NCBI GenBank assembly: GCA_964035545.1
Contig: OZ037771.1
Span: 13,143,133-13,207,132, forward strand
Origin: Bugula neritina
Lineage: Eukaryota; Animalia; Bryozoa
Length of the DNA stretch: 64,000 bases
Reading direction: 5' to 3'
Within the stretch, counting starts at the first letter, position 1. Every line of letters starts with the position of its first letter. The notes under the pieces are model-generated. The model worked only from the letters and a program-made list of their open reading frames with translations, was not told the origin of the DNA and searched no databases. The position numbers and the translations under genes are program-made. This document shows, in pieces, positions 35,001-45,500 of this stretch.

Positions 35001-38000
35001 GTAGAAGATTTATTGCTGAGTGAGGCTCCAGTGAAATTGATAACGTTGAACATTTAAACAGTAATTACCAGATAAGTGCATTGTGTGACAAAAATCTCAA
35101 GATAAAAAAGAACTGTTTGCCTGTTTAAACCAGATTCTGGCTGGGAAATAGAGATCAATTGTGTCTAGTTTATAACTTCAAAATCAGATTGAACTTTGCC
35201 TGCTAAATTTTCTGTTTTGGGGAACAAAAACTTTCACTTTCAATGAGCTGTGTTTAATAGTTGCACTTATTATCAGCTAGTGAATCAGCCATAAATAAGA
35301 CACTGAGCTTCCATGTAGTACTGCCACCACCTGTTCAGGTAGAATCCAGCTAATTTATGCCTCTATTGTGTAGGCAGGTATAGATGCTGAATGGCTGGGG
35401 TATAGGCAGTGTATAGCTAGCATTGTTGACATATGACAAGTAGCTGTATTCATTCTAGATTTACTAATTACGAGTGAAAGGGAATAAACATGCATCATTT
35501 AGCTGGGATAAATAGAGAGACTGAATGTACAGTATAGAACACGTATTTCTAAAGAGTGGTTAGTACTTCATTCGACTAGCCCACAAGTTCACGACTCATT
35601 CTAGCTGAGGCTTACAGCTTAGGTTGAGAAGTGTGTTAGTTTGTCATACACCTACAAGGCTTGCTTGCCTACCAACTGATATACAATGTAACACACTGCT
35701 CTTTACCTTGTCTACACAAAACAAGCAAATATAAACTAATGATGAAAAACCCTGACTAAGAAAACAAACTGACACTCAAATAAAGAAATCAATTAATTTG
35801 TTGTAGAATGTAGACATTCAGGTTCGATAGGCCAACATTAGGTTTAGTAGGTAAACATTTAGGTTTAGTAGGCTAATATTTAGGTTTAGTAGGCTAATAT
35901 TTAGGTTTAGTAGGTGAACAGTTTCAATCTAGTCAATATATATAATTATACAGTCAATGGTTTGATAGAACTGGATTGATAAACATGTCTGCCATATCAA
36001 TGAGTTTCATAACTTACAGCTTGTTATAATCTTTCCCTACTTATTCAACCCTATATTTATATTATTCTTGTGCTAAACTACTATGGATCTTGTCTATAAT
36101 TTTAGTCTATTTCTTCAAGCATAGCCTGTGGCCCAAGTCTGAGTATATACCCTGAAGGTAAAAATCATACCTATAGTAGCATTCTCTAGAACCTGAGGCT
36201 GATAGAGGCTCTGGTCGAATACAGGCACCATGTCGTTGACATCAGTGACTGCGATATTCACAATGAGGTCTCCGTGCAAACCAGCGCCGTCGTAGGCTCT
36301 AACCACCAGCCGATATCTCTTCTCCGTCTCGTAGTCCAGAGTACCATTGAGTCGAAGCACCACGGAGACATCATTGCTGCCAATCTAAGGAAAGAAAATT
36401 CTAGAAATAGTAAGAGCAGCTGTGGTCTAGAGGTCAGAGCTTAGTGAACACGTAGTCATGGGTTCAAACCCCAGTTAGGGCCATTGGTGATGTTAGGAAG
36501 AGCATCCAGTCATAACTGCTCCTGTGCTCCATCTGATTAAGTCCTTAGCCAGCTTTAAAAACCTTTCCATCAAGGTTTCTCACAGAGATAGTGACTATAA
36601 ACTTGCATGAGTTTGAGTAAGGTGCGAGTTTGAGCAAGGTGTGAGTTTGAGTATGGTGTGAGTTTGAGTAAGGTGTGATTTTGAGTAAGGTGTGAGTTTG
36701 AGTAAGGTGTGAGTTTGAGTAAGGTGTGAGTTTGAGTAAGGTGTGAGTGTGAGTAAGGTGTGAGTTTGAGTAAGGTGTGAGTTTGAGTAAGGTGTGAGTT
36801 TGAGTAAGGTGTGAGTTTGAGTAAGGTGTGAGTTTGAGTAAGGTGTGAGTGTGAGTAAGGTGTGATTTTGAGTAAGGTGTTACTTTGAGTAAGGTGTGAG
36901 TTTGAGTAAAGTGTGAATTTGGAAGAATGCTAGAGGCAAAGGAAAATTCCGGAATAAAAAGGGTTGATTTATGTCCACAAGAAAATACCCATACAGGTAG
37001 AGATAAAAGATCTTAACGTGACTCATATTGATCTAAAGAAGCTAGGATTTGTGTTGTGCCATAATATGAGATGATGCAGCTCATTAGCAGGGACAGCCGA
37101 TCAGCCAAGTGAAATAAAAAGAAACCCAAAATATTCAAGAAAGTAAACAGTCAATAAATACCAGGAGCTCTTATCTCGTAAAATTTGCCTTTAATATAAG
37201 AGCAAAGTAAAAGGATTAATAAAAAAAGTGTAACAAGTAATTAGAGTTGAGCCGGACAGTCTAGTTTCTATTACGTCTGAGTAACTAGCAAGTGGTTTCC
37301 ACCAAAGTCAACAATAACAAAGCTTAGGGGAGGCAAAACAATCAGATTAACAGTTTGCACTGGGCGAGATTGTAGGCTAAGAGATTGGTCGGCTGCGTAC
37401 AGGGCATGTCACGGAGAAAGTTGTTTCACTGCTCGCGGTAATAGAAAAGTGAATTCACCCCAATATAGAGTTTAGTGTTGGTTTGTCATATAAGTTGATT
37501 CACTGTTGAATACAATACAAACCTAACATAAACCACAATAATTTAATATCCAGTTAACCAAATGTGGCCATAAAACACAGCAGTTATATTGAAATAAATT
37601 GACCTGTTTCTCAGTAACTAACTACTAAGCATACTCTACATCAAAAAGATGAAATGCAGTCATCTTTCATGTTGATATCAAACTCTCGAAATGCGATACA
37701 TAAATCACCTTAAAGGAAGCCAATCTGTCACTGCCTATCAAAAACTAGCAGTCTCTCAATACACACTCTCAGACCTCCATCAGCTAAATTTAGGCTGAGT
37801 TTCACAACACAATACTCTGCAATATTCGGGCTATGAAACTGAACTATAGCCTGGGCAGAGCTTCCTTGAAGGTTACATTATAGGTTACATTTAGGTAAAT
37901 TCAGTAGCCCAGGTTCTATAAAATTTAGTTCCACAAATTTTAGTTTGGGGTTCGGTTGAAACTTAAACAGATACTTAAATCAGAATTTAGAATACATACC

Positions 38001-38632
38001 CGACTTTCATCTAGAGTGAAGAGGCCATTAGATCCACTGATGATGTCATAACGTTGTGTGGAGTTCTCCCCGTTATCCCTATCCAGCGCTGACCCCAGCA
38101 CTACCAGCTGATCTCCCGACTTCCTGTTTTCGCTGACGGAGATATTTTTATACGGATTAGGGAACTTGGGGGCATTGTCATTCACGTCTCTGATGACAAT
38201 CTCCACGTTATGGAATTCGGTGGGGTTAGCAAAGCTGGATACTAGCATACTGTAGCTAGCCTTCTGTTCTCTGTCGAACTTGACTAAAGCAGTTATGTCC
38301 CCACTCAGTGAAACATCAAATACATCGGAATATTGGGGATTATTAGGAAGTTCTGATATTCGTTGCTCAGACTCAATCTCTAATACAACATATTGGCCGC
38401 CGGTAGCGCCATCTAGTGCTACATTTCCAATGACTTGAGGCGGTTCAATATTTTCTTGGAAATATAAAACTTTGGTACTCTGATCTTGAGATGATACTCC
38501 TCCGGAAAATATTAGTAATAGTATAGTACAGAGCAGCTGATTGGACAGCCAGTGTCCGCTAGCACCAATAAGGCCAGAGATACCATGAGGTTTGTGGTGC
38601 AAATGTGAAACTCCTAGCAACGAAATGGCCAT
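5036..38632 (-). CDS. ds: Dachsous protocadherin (DCHS1/2-like), complete CDS, about 46 coding exons
   Basis: First coding exon 38000-38632 has a hydrophobic signal segment and the first cadherin repeat. About 40 cadherin-repeat exons follow (DxNDNxP, DRE/DYE, AxDxD motifs) with consistent intron phases. The TM helix (IIIITVVCLAVIVLVIVVVV) is in exon 6724-6976. Cytoplasmic exons 6288-6508, 5673-5903 and 5036-5565 carry Dachsous motifs SSGRGSAE, DSGIQ and GSYNWDYLLNWGPQFQPLADVFAEIARLKD. Summed exons are about 10.1 kb, and ectodomain length fits about 27 repeats with no EGF/LamG domains, so Ds rather than Fat. Confidence 0.95.
6021..6295 (-). repeat. 26-bp minisatellite, about 10.5 copies, spanning a ds donor
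   Basis: Sense-strand unit GTGAGTCAGACAGTATGTGACTATAG. Confidence 0.96.
7419..7801 (-). repeat. 25-bp minisatellite, about 15 copies
   Basis: Sense-strand unit GTGAGTACATAGTCATACTAA(T/C)ACA. Confidence 0.96.
9134..9316. repeat. 20-bp minisatellite, about 9 copies
   Basis: Unit GTACTTAG(T/C)TCAGTACATGT, abutting the ds donor at 9320. Confidence 0.92.
12803..13076 (-). repeat. Imperfect (AGT/AGC)n microsatellite filling a ds intron
   Basis: The sense strand reads GTG AGT AGT AGT... directly from the donor. Confidence 0.92.
14935..15076 (-). repeat. Two adjacent 19-21-bp repeats starting at a ds donor
   Basis: 4x GTAAGTCACTTCTGTCAG(T/A), then about 4x degenerate GTAGGTGAGATTTCT. Confidence 0.85.
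22437..22589. mobile_element. Foldback / MITE-like palindrome
   Basis: Arms of about 72 bp are reverse complements (TATAAGCAGCTCCAAGTTGGGGG...TTTGGAGT / ACTCCAAA...CCCCCAACTTGGAGCTGCTTATA) around an 8-nt centre. Confidence 0.75.
23031..23270 (+). mobile_element. tRNA-derived SINE, copy 1
   Basis: tRNA-like head with A box (TGGTCTAGGGG) and degenerate B box, and a body shared with three other copies (GTTAGGAAGAGCATCCAG...GACTATAAACTT). Flanked by a 14-bp near-perfect TSD TTTCTG(G/A)TAGTTAA (23017-23030 / 23271-23284). Confidence 0.85.
24717..26500. repeat. 20-bp satellite-like array, about 89 near-identical copies
   Basis: Unit TAGTAAGTCTAAAAGGGCTA. Confidence 0.98.
27647..27738. repeat. 33-bp AT-rich repeat, about 3 copies, next to SINE tail
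   Basis: Unit TACTATATTACTATAACTATATATTATTATATG. Confidence 0.75.
27743..27964 (-). mobile_element. tRNA-derived SINE, copy 2
   Basis: Reverse complement reads GGGAGCAGCCATGGTCTAGGGGTCAGAGC...GAGTTCGAACCCC (intact A and B boxes), followed by the same body. Confidence 0.85.
29115..29265. mobile_element. MITE-like dispersed repeat, copy A
   Basis: Imperfect TIRs CAGTTATGGAGAAATTGAGA / TCTCAATTTCCCAACTACTG. Closely similar sequence at 32507-32666 and a partial copy at about 31642-31718. Confidence 0.65.
30742..30942. repeat. 21-bp minisatellite, about 9-10 copies
   Basis: Unit GAGCATATATATTGGTAATA(C/T). Confidence 0.93.
31731..32034. repeat. 25-bp minisatellite, about 12 copies
   Basis: Unit GACTCACTTGTCA(C/T)T(C/G)AACCACCTT. 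Confidence 0.93.
32507..32666. mobile_element. MITE-like dispersed repeat, copy B
   Basis: GAGGTAGGTG.AGT.ATGGAGAAATTGAGAAAAGCCTGTGT...CCCCAAACCAAAATT is shared with 29115-29265. Confidence 0.65.
34046..34288. repeat. 19-bp minisatellite, about 13 perfect copies
   Basis: Unit CTGGCTACACCACTGGGAA. Confidence 0.96.
35838..35913. repeat. 21-bp repeat, about 4 copies
   Basis: Unit TTAGGTTTAGTAGGCTAATAT. Confidence 0.8.
36411..36614 (+). mobile_element. tRNA-derived SINE, copy 3
   Basis: Same head and body (GTGGTCTAGAGGTCAGAGC...GGTTCAAACCCC...GTTAGGAAGAGCATCCAG...GACTATAAACTTG). Confidence 0.85.
36609..36920. repeat. 17-bp minisatellite, about 18 copies
   Basis: Unit GAGTTTGAGTAAGGTGT, starting in the SINE tail. 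Confidence 0.94.
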
Positions 38633-39741
38633 CTTACATAATATAGGGTGCAGGATGCTAAGATTTCTACATCACTTTTGGAAGCAAGGATCTTGAATAG
38701 AAGGAGGGAGAGGTAAGCTTGGTGCAGTGTTAATCCTTCACCTTAATCTTTTCTTTCCCTGTAAGGAAACATACAACGTAATGTTATTCCATCAATGATA
38801 TTAATCTCAATTTTTTCCTAATAATAGTCAACCAATAGTGGCAAGGCTTAACCACCCTGAATGGTAAAGGATATGAAAATGGGTTGATTGGAAATTGGGG
38901 CCTTCAAAATTGATGACAAAACATCTGGATACCGAAATATTTTAAATAAAGACGGGCCAAATATCTAAATTGAAACACCTAAATGAATAATGAAGAAAAC
39001 AGTTGTAGCCAACAATGATACTGAGCTTATATTAACATAAATTACCATCCAAAATGCTGATTTTATTATCCAATTCTACCTGAATTAGCATGATATTAAA
39101 ATGTGGAGATATTTCCAACTACTCTCTGCCATACCGTAATAAAAATATGATTTGATTTGCAAAATTTTACTCCATTAGACGACAACCTTGAAATGACACC
39201 CTTAGCAACAGCAAAATGACAGATGGCATCTGTGAATAAATTTAGAACGTATTTCGTTAAAGAATTAATTCAAAAATTCCAAAGCAATCTTAATATGTGC
39301 AGGTGGATTGCTCCATAATGTCCATAAAATTAAAATTTAACTTAAATTTTAAAACACACCTCTCCCAAGAGCTGAAATATTAGCATTACAGTGTATGTTG
39401 AGTTTACCCTGTTTGCAAGTTTGCCAATTAAGTTTATTTGTATATAACCAAAGTATACAAAACACCATAGTGAAAGCTAGAATATTTGCCGTTTTAGCTG
39501 CAGCAATCAATGTTACTGGCAAACAAAGAAGCATTACAATTCTAAGACTGAAAGACCCACAAGTTAAAGAAAACCATTACAATGAGATGAGACCATAAAT
39601 AGACAAGGAGCCATGATATGGAAAGTTAGAATCATTGTATTAGTAGCACAGTAACATGATTTAATTAGGTCTAATACATTTTATCTAAAAGGAGTAATTG
39701 TGACATCAATATCTATCTCTTGAGACTCAAACTAAGTGACC

Positions 39742-39822
39742 GTGACATGACTGTGACATGACTGTGACATGACTGTGACATGACTGTGACATGACTGTGA
39801 CATGACTGTGACATGACTGTGA
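39742..39822. repeat. 11-bp repeat, about 7 copies
   Basis: Unit GTGACATGACT. Confidence 0.9.
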
Positions 39823-41428
39823 CCACAACATCACCAGTATAATTGAATACAATTTACTAACTCAAATTTGTATGTACTATACATAAAAAATTGAGTCCTA
39901 GTAAAATTATTGACTTCTATATTCAAATCCAGAAATTTCACTACTTATCAAAAATTATCATATCATCAGGAAAACATTAAAAAATTGAAAGTAGCAAGTA
40001 GTTTACGTGTTAGTAAATAATAATGATTAATTTAGTAGTTACTAACTAGTATTACTAATCAATTGTCAAATGTAGTTGTACTATTTAGCAATAGTTATGT
40101 AACTATGACCATTTTAGGCTAGTCAAGTTTGAGTAAAACTAAAAAACCTACTTGAAACTCAAATTCAGAAGGGAGAGTAGCTAAGTAACTAACTATAAGC
40201 ATTATAACATGAGATAAGTTTAAGTTGTAGATTGATCAACTTCAAGTAGGTACAATAAGTTTACTGATAAGATTCAAACTGCCTTTTAGTTTTAATGTAA
40301 AATGACATATTTACATCAACTAATAACTACTATTAGCCTATTACAATAAAATCATAGATGATAGTAATAATTAAATTCAAACCAGTAGATAGAATTAAGA
40401 CTTAAGAGTAATACAATTAGCCACTTAGACTTTTACTTGGACATGGTCTTAGTGTCACCCTTACTAATATTATTAGACTTAGTAGTAGTACTACTAGTAC
40501 TAGCTGTCATAACTATAAGTATTAGAATAAGAATTAGTATAAGTTTTTCAAGTTTCAATAGCTTTAGTAGTAGTACAACTATAAACTACTAATCTATGAG
40601 CACCAGTAGACCTGTGGTAGTTGGCATATGATTACTATTAGTATTACTATTAGTATTACTATTACTCATACTTATAGAATTAGAATAAATATCACTACTA
40701 ATACTAATACTAATAGCAATACAGTAAATGCAATACTAATACTAATAGTAATAGTATTAGTATTACTATAAGTATAACTATAAGTATAAGTATTACAATT
40801 ACTAAGTATTTTATTTTTAAATCATACTTTTAGTTTTATACTATTAAATTTAATGATGATTTAATATCAACAATAACTTGAATAAGTCAACAACTATTAC
40901 TAATACTATTAGTATTACTAACACTTAGAGTTAGTATTACTAATAGTAATAGTAATAGTAATACTAATTAATAGTAATACTTTTACACTTACACTTATGA
41001 CTTACAGTAATACTAATAATAATTGCCATTAATAATAGTATTACTAATTACTATTACTAAGTCTTAGTATAACTAAAAGTATAACTACAAGTATAAGTAT
41101 TAGTATAACTACTAGTACTACTAGAACAGTATCAGTGTGAGTATAACTATAACTATAACTATAAGTATAACTGTGGAAATGTAAAAGTATTATTATTGTA
41201 ATTATTACAACTTAAATTATTTTTGTTTTATAATTTAAATCTAAATTATTAATATTATGGTGAATAGGCAACAGCCTAGGCTATAAAGTATAATGGCAAT
41301 ATGAATATGAATATCAATGTGAATATGAGTGAGCATAGCCATATGTGATATGAATATGAATATTTATAGACTATAGAGTATTTTTTAAAATCTTATATTT
41401 AATCTCGATAAGAAATATGGAAACCCAC

Positions 41429-41650
41429 CTACAAGACGAATTGTTTATTAGTCCTCATCTCTTCCATTTCACGTTGACGGTGAATATGCGCTATGTACTA
41501 CACTAATACTAGCAAGGCAAAATGTAGTTTACTACATTCACATTGACATTCACATACCTAGCTGTTGTGTATACCTGTAGTTAGCCAATCGATATCGAGG
41601 CTGGTGTAAACATTATTGTTTTCAAGATTGGATCGCCACTAACTTGTCAA
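41429..41650 (-). promoter_or_regulatory. Putative non-coding first exon / promoter region of dachsous
   Basis: The ATG-containing exon has an upstream acceptor at about 38759, so an earlier exon is needed. A donor-like TAG|GTGGGT at 41428 and a local rise in GC/CpG lie here. Inference only. Confidence 0.35.
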
Positions 41651-42572
41651 GCGGGTGAGGAACTAGTTGCAAATGTGGAGTTGTCTCTTCATAAGAACAC
41701 AACTCTTTAAAATAGCATAGCAATGCTAATAAATTATGTTGAAATGTTTTATGTATTGTTCTATCATTGGTTATAAATTATCATGACCTGTATCTGGCTT
41801 TTAGTATGTAAGGTATAAAATGTTGTTTAACAAACAGTAAATGTTATAAATATACATGCATTTGTATTGTTTTAACCAATAAAAGCTTCATTTCTCTACC
41901 TCTGGTTTATTGCAATCGAATTTTGTTCATCCATTTTTAAGGTTGCTTAATGAACAAATTCAAACTAATAGATGTTTTATTTCAAGCATACTGACATGAG
42001 CTGTTGGATAATTTTATAATATATTGACAGGTTGCAAAGTTTATTTAAATATAATTTTTTTCAAATTTAATTCAGGCTGTTCTTTCTCTACCTTGCAGTT
42101 GGGTTGTAATTATGATTATGGTTTAGAAAGAGTAAACCTCTTCTAATATTTTCATTTTACTGTAGTGCAAAAAAGCAATTGAAAAATAATCTGTTTTGAT
42201 ATATTCCAACTCAAAACTAACAAAATTTACTAATTTGGTTGAAAGAGGCAAAATATGTTAACAGTCTGGACATAAACACTATAATTATAGTTATATTATT
42301 ACATTACTTTCTATATAATATTATGAAGAGTAACAATTTTTCTAAAGGAGTACAAAGTTTGTACATTTTATCATTCACTAAATTACTGTCGCTAAGCAGA
42401 TGTGCCACTGCAATGCTACTAATACGAAAGTCTAAACATTCAACATCATGCAGTCAAATAGAAATAACTTGTTTACATAATAATAATAATATAAAATAAC
42501 ATGAGTTGTAGTTATTTATCACGTTCATAAATTCAACAGTTATCATTTGATTAAACAAGGATGTCCAAGAGT

Positions 42573-45500
42573 TTATATATTTGTGGCTGGCCTAGTGATA
42601 TCCGTAGTGGATGTATCTTTATTGGACATGTACACGAGGTTTGTTGTCCTCGCTCTGCCCTCCATTAGGTTGGCTTTCTTTACAGCAGCACGGAGTGCTT
42701 CTGATTCACCATATGCACTGGACTGAGCATTCGAATACTTCCTTTGAATCTGCAGCAGACCGAAATGCAGACGTCAGGCTTTAAGACAATCATTTTCAAT
42801 GATAAAAATGACCTTGATAGCTAGATATATTAATTTATAGACGTTTAATTCTTCTCCTGAGTTGATTTTAAATCGGCATTGATTTGACTTAATTGTTGCT
42901 TAGAACTACTTAACTAAGTGCGTGTAAGTAAATTAATGCAAAATACGAAAGTGAGGAAAGCATGGAAATTAAAGAATCGTTAAATTTCTGCACATAAATC
43001 AGCAAAGCTTTGTGCAATTAAAATTTTATCAACGATACTTAATAATATAATTATCAGAGAGGGTGCAGATTGAGCAATGAACATATTATTTGAGAAAGTT
43101 GGTAACCAGCTGCATGCAGCTTATAACACAATACATTCCCTTTAAATTATTTGAAAAGAATTTCTTTTTAACAAAAATCTTCTTAGAAGTTTAGATAAAA
43201 ATTTGAAAGATCAATAAGACCTCAAACCGTTCACTGGTCCAATAAATCAAATACTGACAACTCATCAATTTAATGTTTTTTAACTCAACAGAAATAAAGC
43301 AAAAAAAATCTTAGTTTAATTGAAGAATATAACTATTGGTTTTCTATTGCAATTTCTTTTTACAATAACTTAAATTAAATGAGACTATGCATTCTTTTAG
43401 AGGGCGCCAAGTATGTTTCTAAACCAATTACCATTCTTATGATTAGATTGTGAAAGGTTGTGGAAAGTGCATATGGCAAATCATTAAAAAAAACTGCAAC
43501 AATGATGTATATAGAGGCTCAGAACTTCAACAAAATTAATGACCGAAAACAAAAGAATTTCTTCATCTATAAGCATACATGAAGAAAAATTAACGAGGAT
43601 GTCAAATATAAATAAGTTCTAAAAAAATTATAGTAGTTTTTATTTATAACTTTTTGTGGGTTGTTGTTCGAATTCCATTCTTGTGTTTTGACATTCAATG
43701 CAGGTAGTTGCTCAGTGCTCTATTATTGTGGTTAATATACTAACTTGACGTAACAGCTTTGCGGCCTCTGGGTATTTTTTGACTAGCTCTTTGTCAGTGA
43801 GGGCGTGTTCCAAGGGAGACTCAACTACAGTGTTCATAGCCCGCACACCATCCATAGCACGACTAATCTTTTCAGCTTTGGTCTGTGGTCTCTTCCGGCT
43901 CTGAACATCTGACTGTAAGAAGCAGATTTTTGTTATAATATGTATTATTCCTAAATAGTATGCCTCAATACTGTGGAATTTCATGGTTTAAAGGAAATCA
44001 GTCTTCTACATTTTTTTCAGTGTTAAGAATAAAAATGCATTTATCACAAATCAGAAAATGGTGGTAGGTGTGCAGGAAATTGGATTGAAACAAAATCAAA
44101 ACAGAGAGTATTTTAATTTGAAATAACATGTATACTCAACGTATAAAATGTGTACAAGTGCCATAGCAACAATGCTTAAACTTGAGTTGCCTTGCAAACA
44201 TTAAATTTTGTATTTTAGTGCAAGTGTAAATTTGCAAGCCAGTGTTGGGTGGATGGTTTAGGTGAGTAGAATAGCTAAGTGGAAGGTTTAGGTTGGTACA
44301 GTAGGTGAAAGGTTTAGGTGAGTAGAGTAGCTAAGTGGAAGGTTTAGGTTAGTACAGTAGGTGAAAGGTTTGGGTGGGTACAATAGGTAGACATAATAAA
44401 CAGTGCTGCTAAACTTCTTAAAATGTTTCAAGTCTACATGCCCTTGTGACATCATCAGTATTTCGAAACATATGAGTAGGTTTAAGTTTAAGAGCTCTTT
44501 GGTTTAAGGGCTCATTGTTACTCAGCCTGGTACTCACCCGTTTGTAAGGAAGGAAAGGTTTCTGCAGAGCTTCTAGCCTCATTGTATGATTATTAACTAC
44601 CGGGTGTTTAAGTGCATAGTGCAGAGCTTTGACTGCCGTATGTATGTCTGCCGGGATATGTATGTCTTTCTCATATTCATCCTGTAAGTGAGACCATCTT
44701 TTACTAAACTCAGTGGGAATAATACAATTTCTCGTCAGCTTAGAGAAGTTATCCGAGCTTTTGTGTGTCAAGCACGAATCTTTATTAGATGTAATTTAAA
44801 AAACTGAAAGCCACATGTTTGTTTTAATGAGCAAATGAGTTTTAAAGAGCAAATAATAAATAGAAATCTAACCATTAATCAAGCTAAATGGCAGCCAAAA
44901 TAAGTCTTTTATTCTTACTTCAATTAAAAGTTCTTCATAACCTTTAAAAAGTTCAAGTTGCTCCTCTGTCAAATTCTTTACTTTACGCTTTGGTTTTTTC
45001 TCGACTTCCCTCAGCACCTCATCTTCTCTCGGAACTTGTTGATGAGTCTGTCTCTCGGTGTGAACAGCATTAATAGCCTCGTCTATCTAATTAAATCATA
45101 ATTATTCATATTGAGCAATAATGAGTTAGGGAGTTGTGTTCCTTATAGAACTGTTGATCTTCATGATAAGATTCCCGGTTGAAACCAGAATCAATTGATT
45201 TACAGAATAAATACAATTATGCAGTTTATCTGAGCAAAAGTTAGTGTTAGGTTTAAATTTTAAAATCCTGCTAACAGCTTTAATCTGATATTTTCTAAAA
45301 AATATCTACGAGTAATGCTGTTTTACTAGAGTAAAATGAAGAATTTCAATTTTCAGCTATAAAAATAATTGAAGTTACTGTTGAAAATAACTTCACATCT
45401 GAACAAAAAGTAGAAAGAGCAAGATTTTTATCCAGATGAACTCTGCAGAAAAAATTCGCAGAAAAACTCTGCCGATGAACTACGTAGACGAACTTTACAG

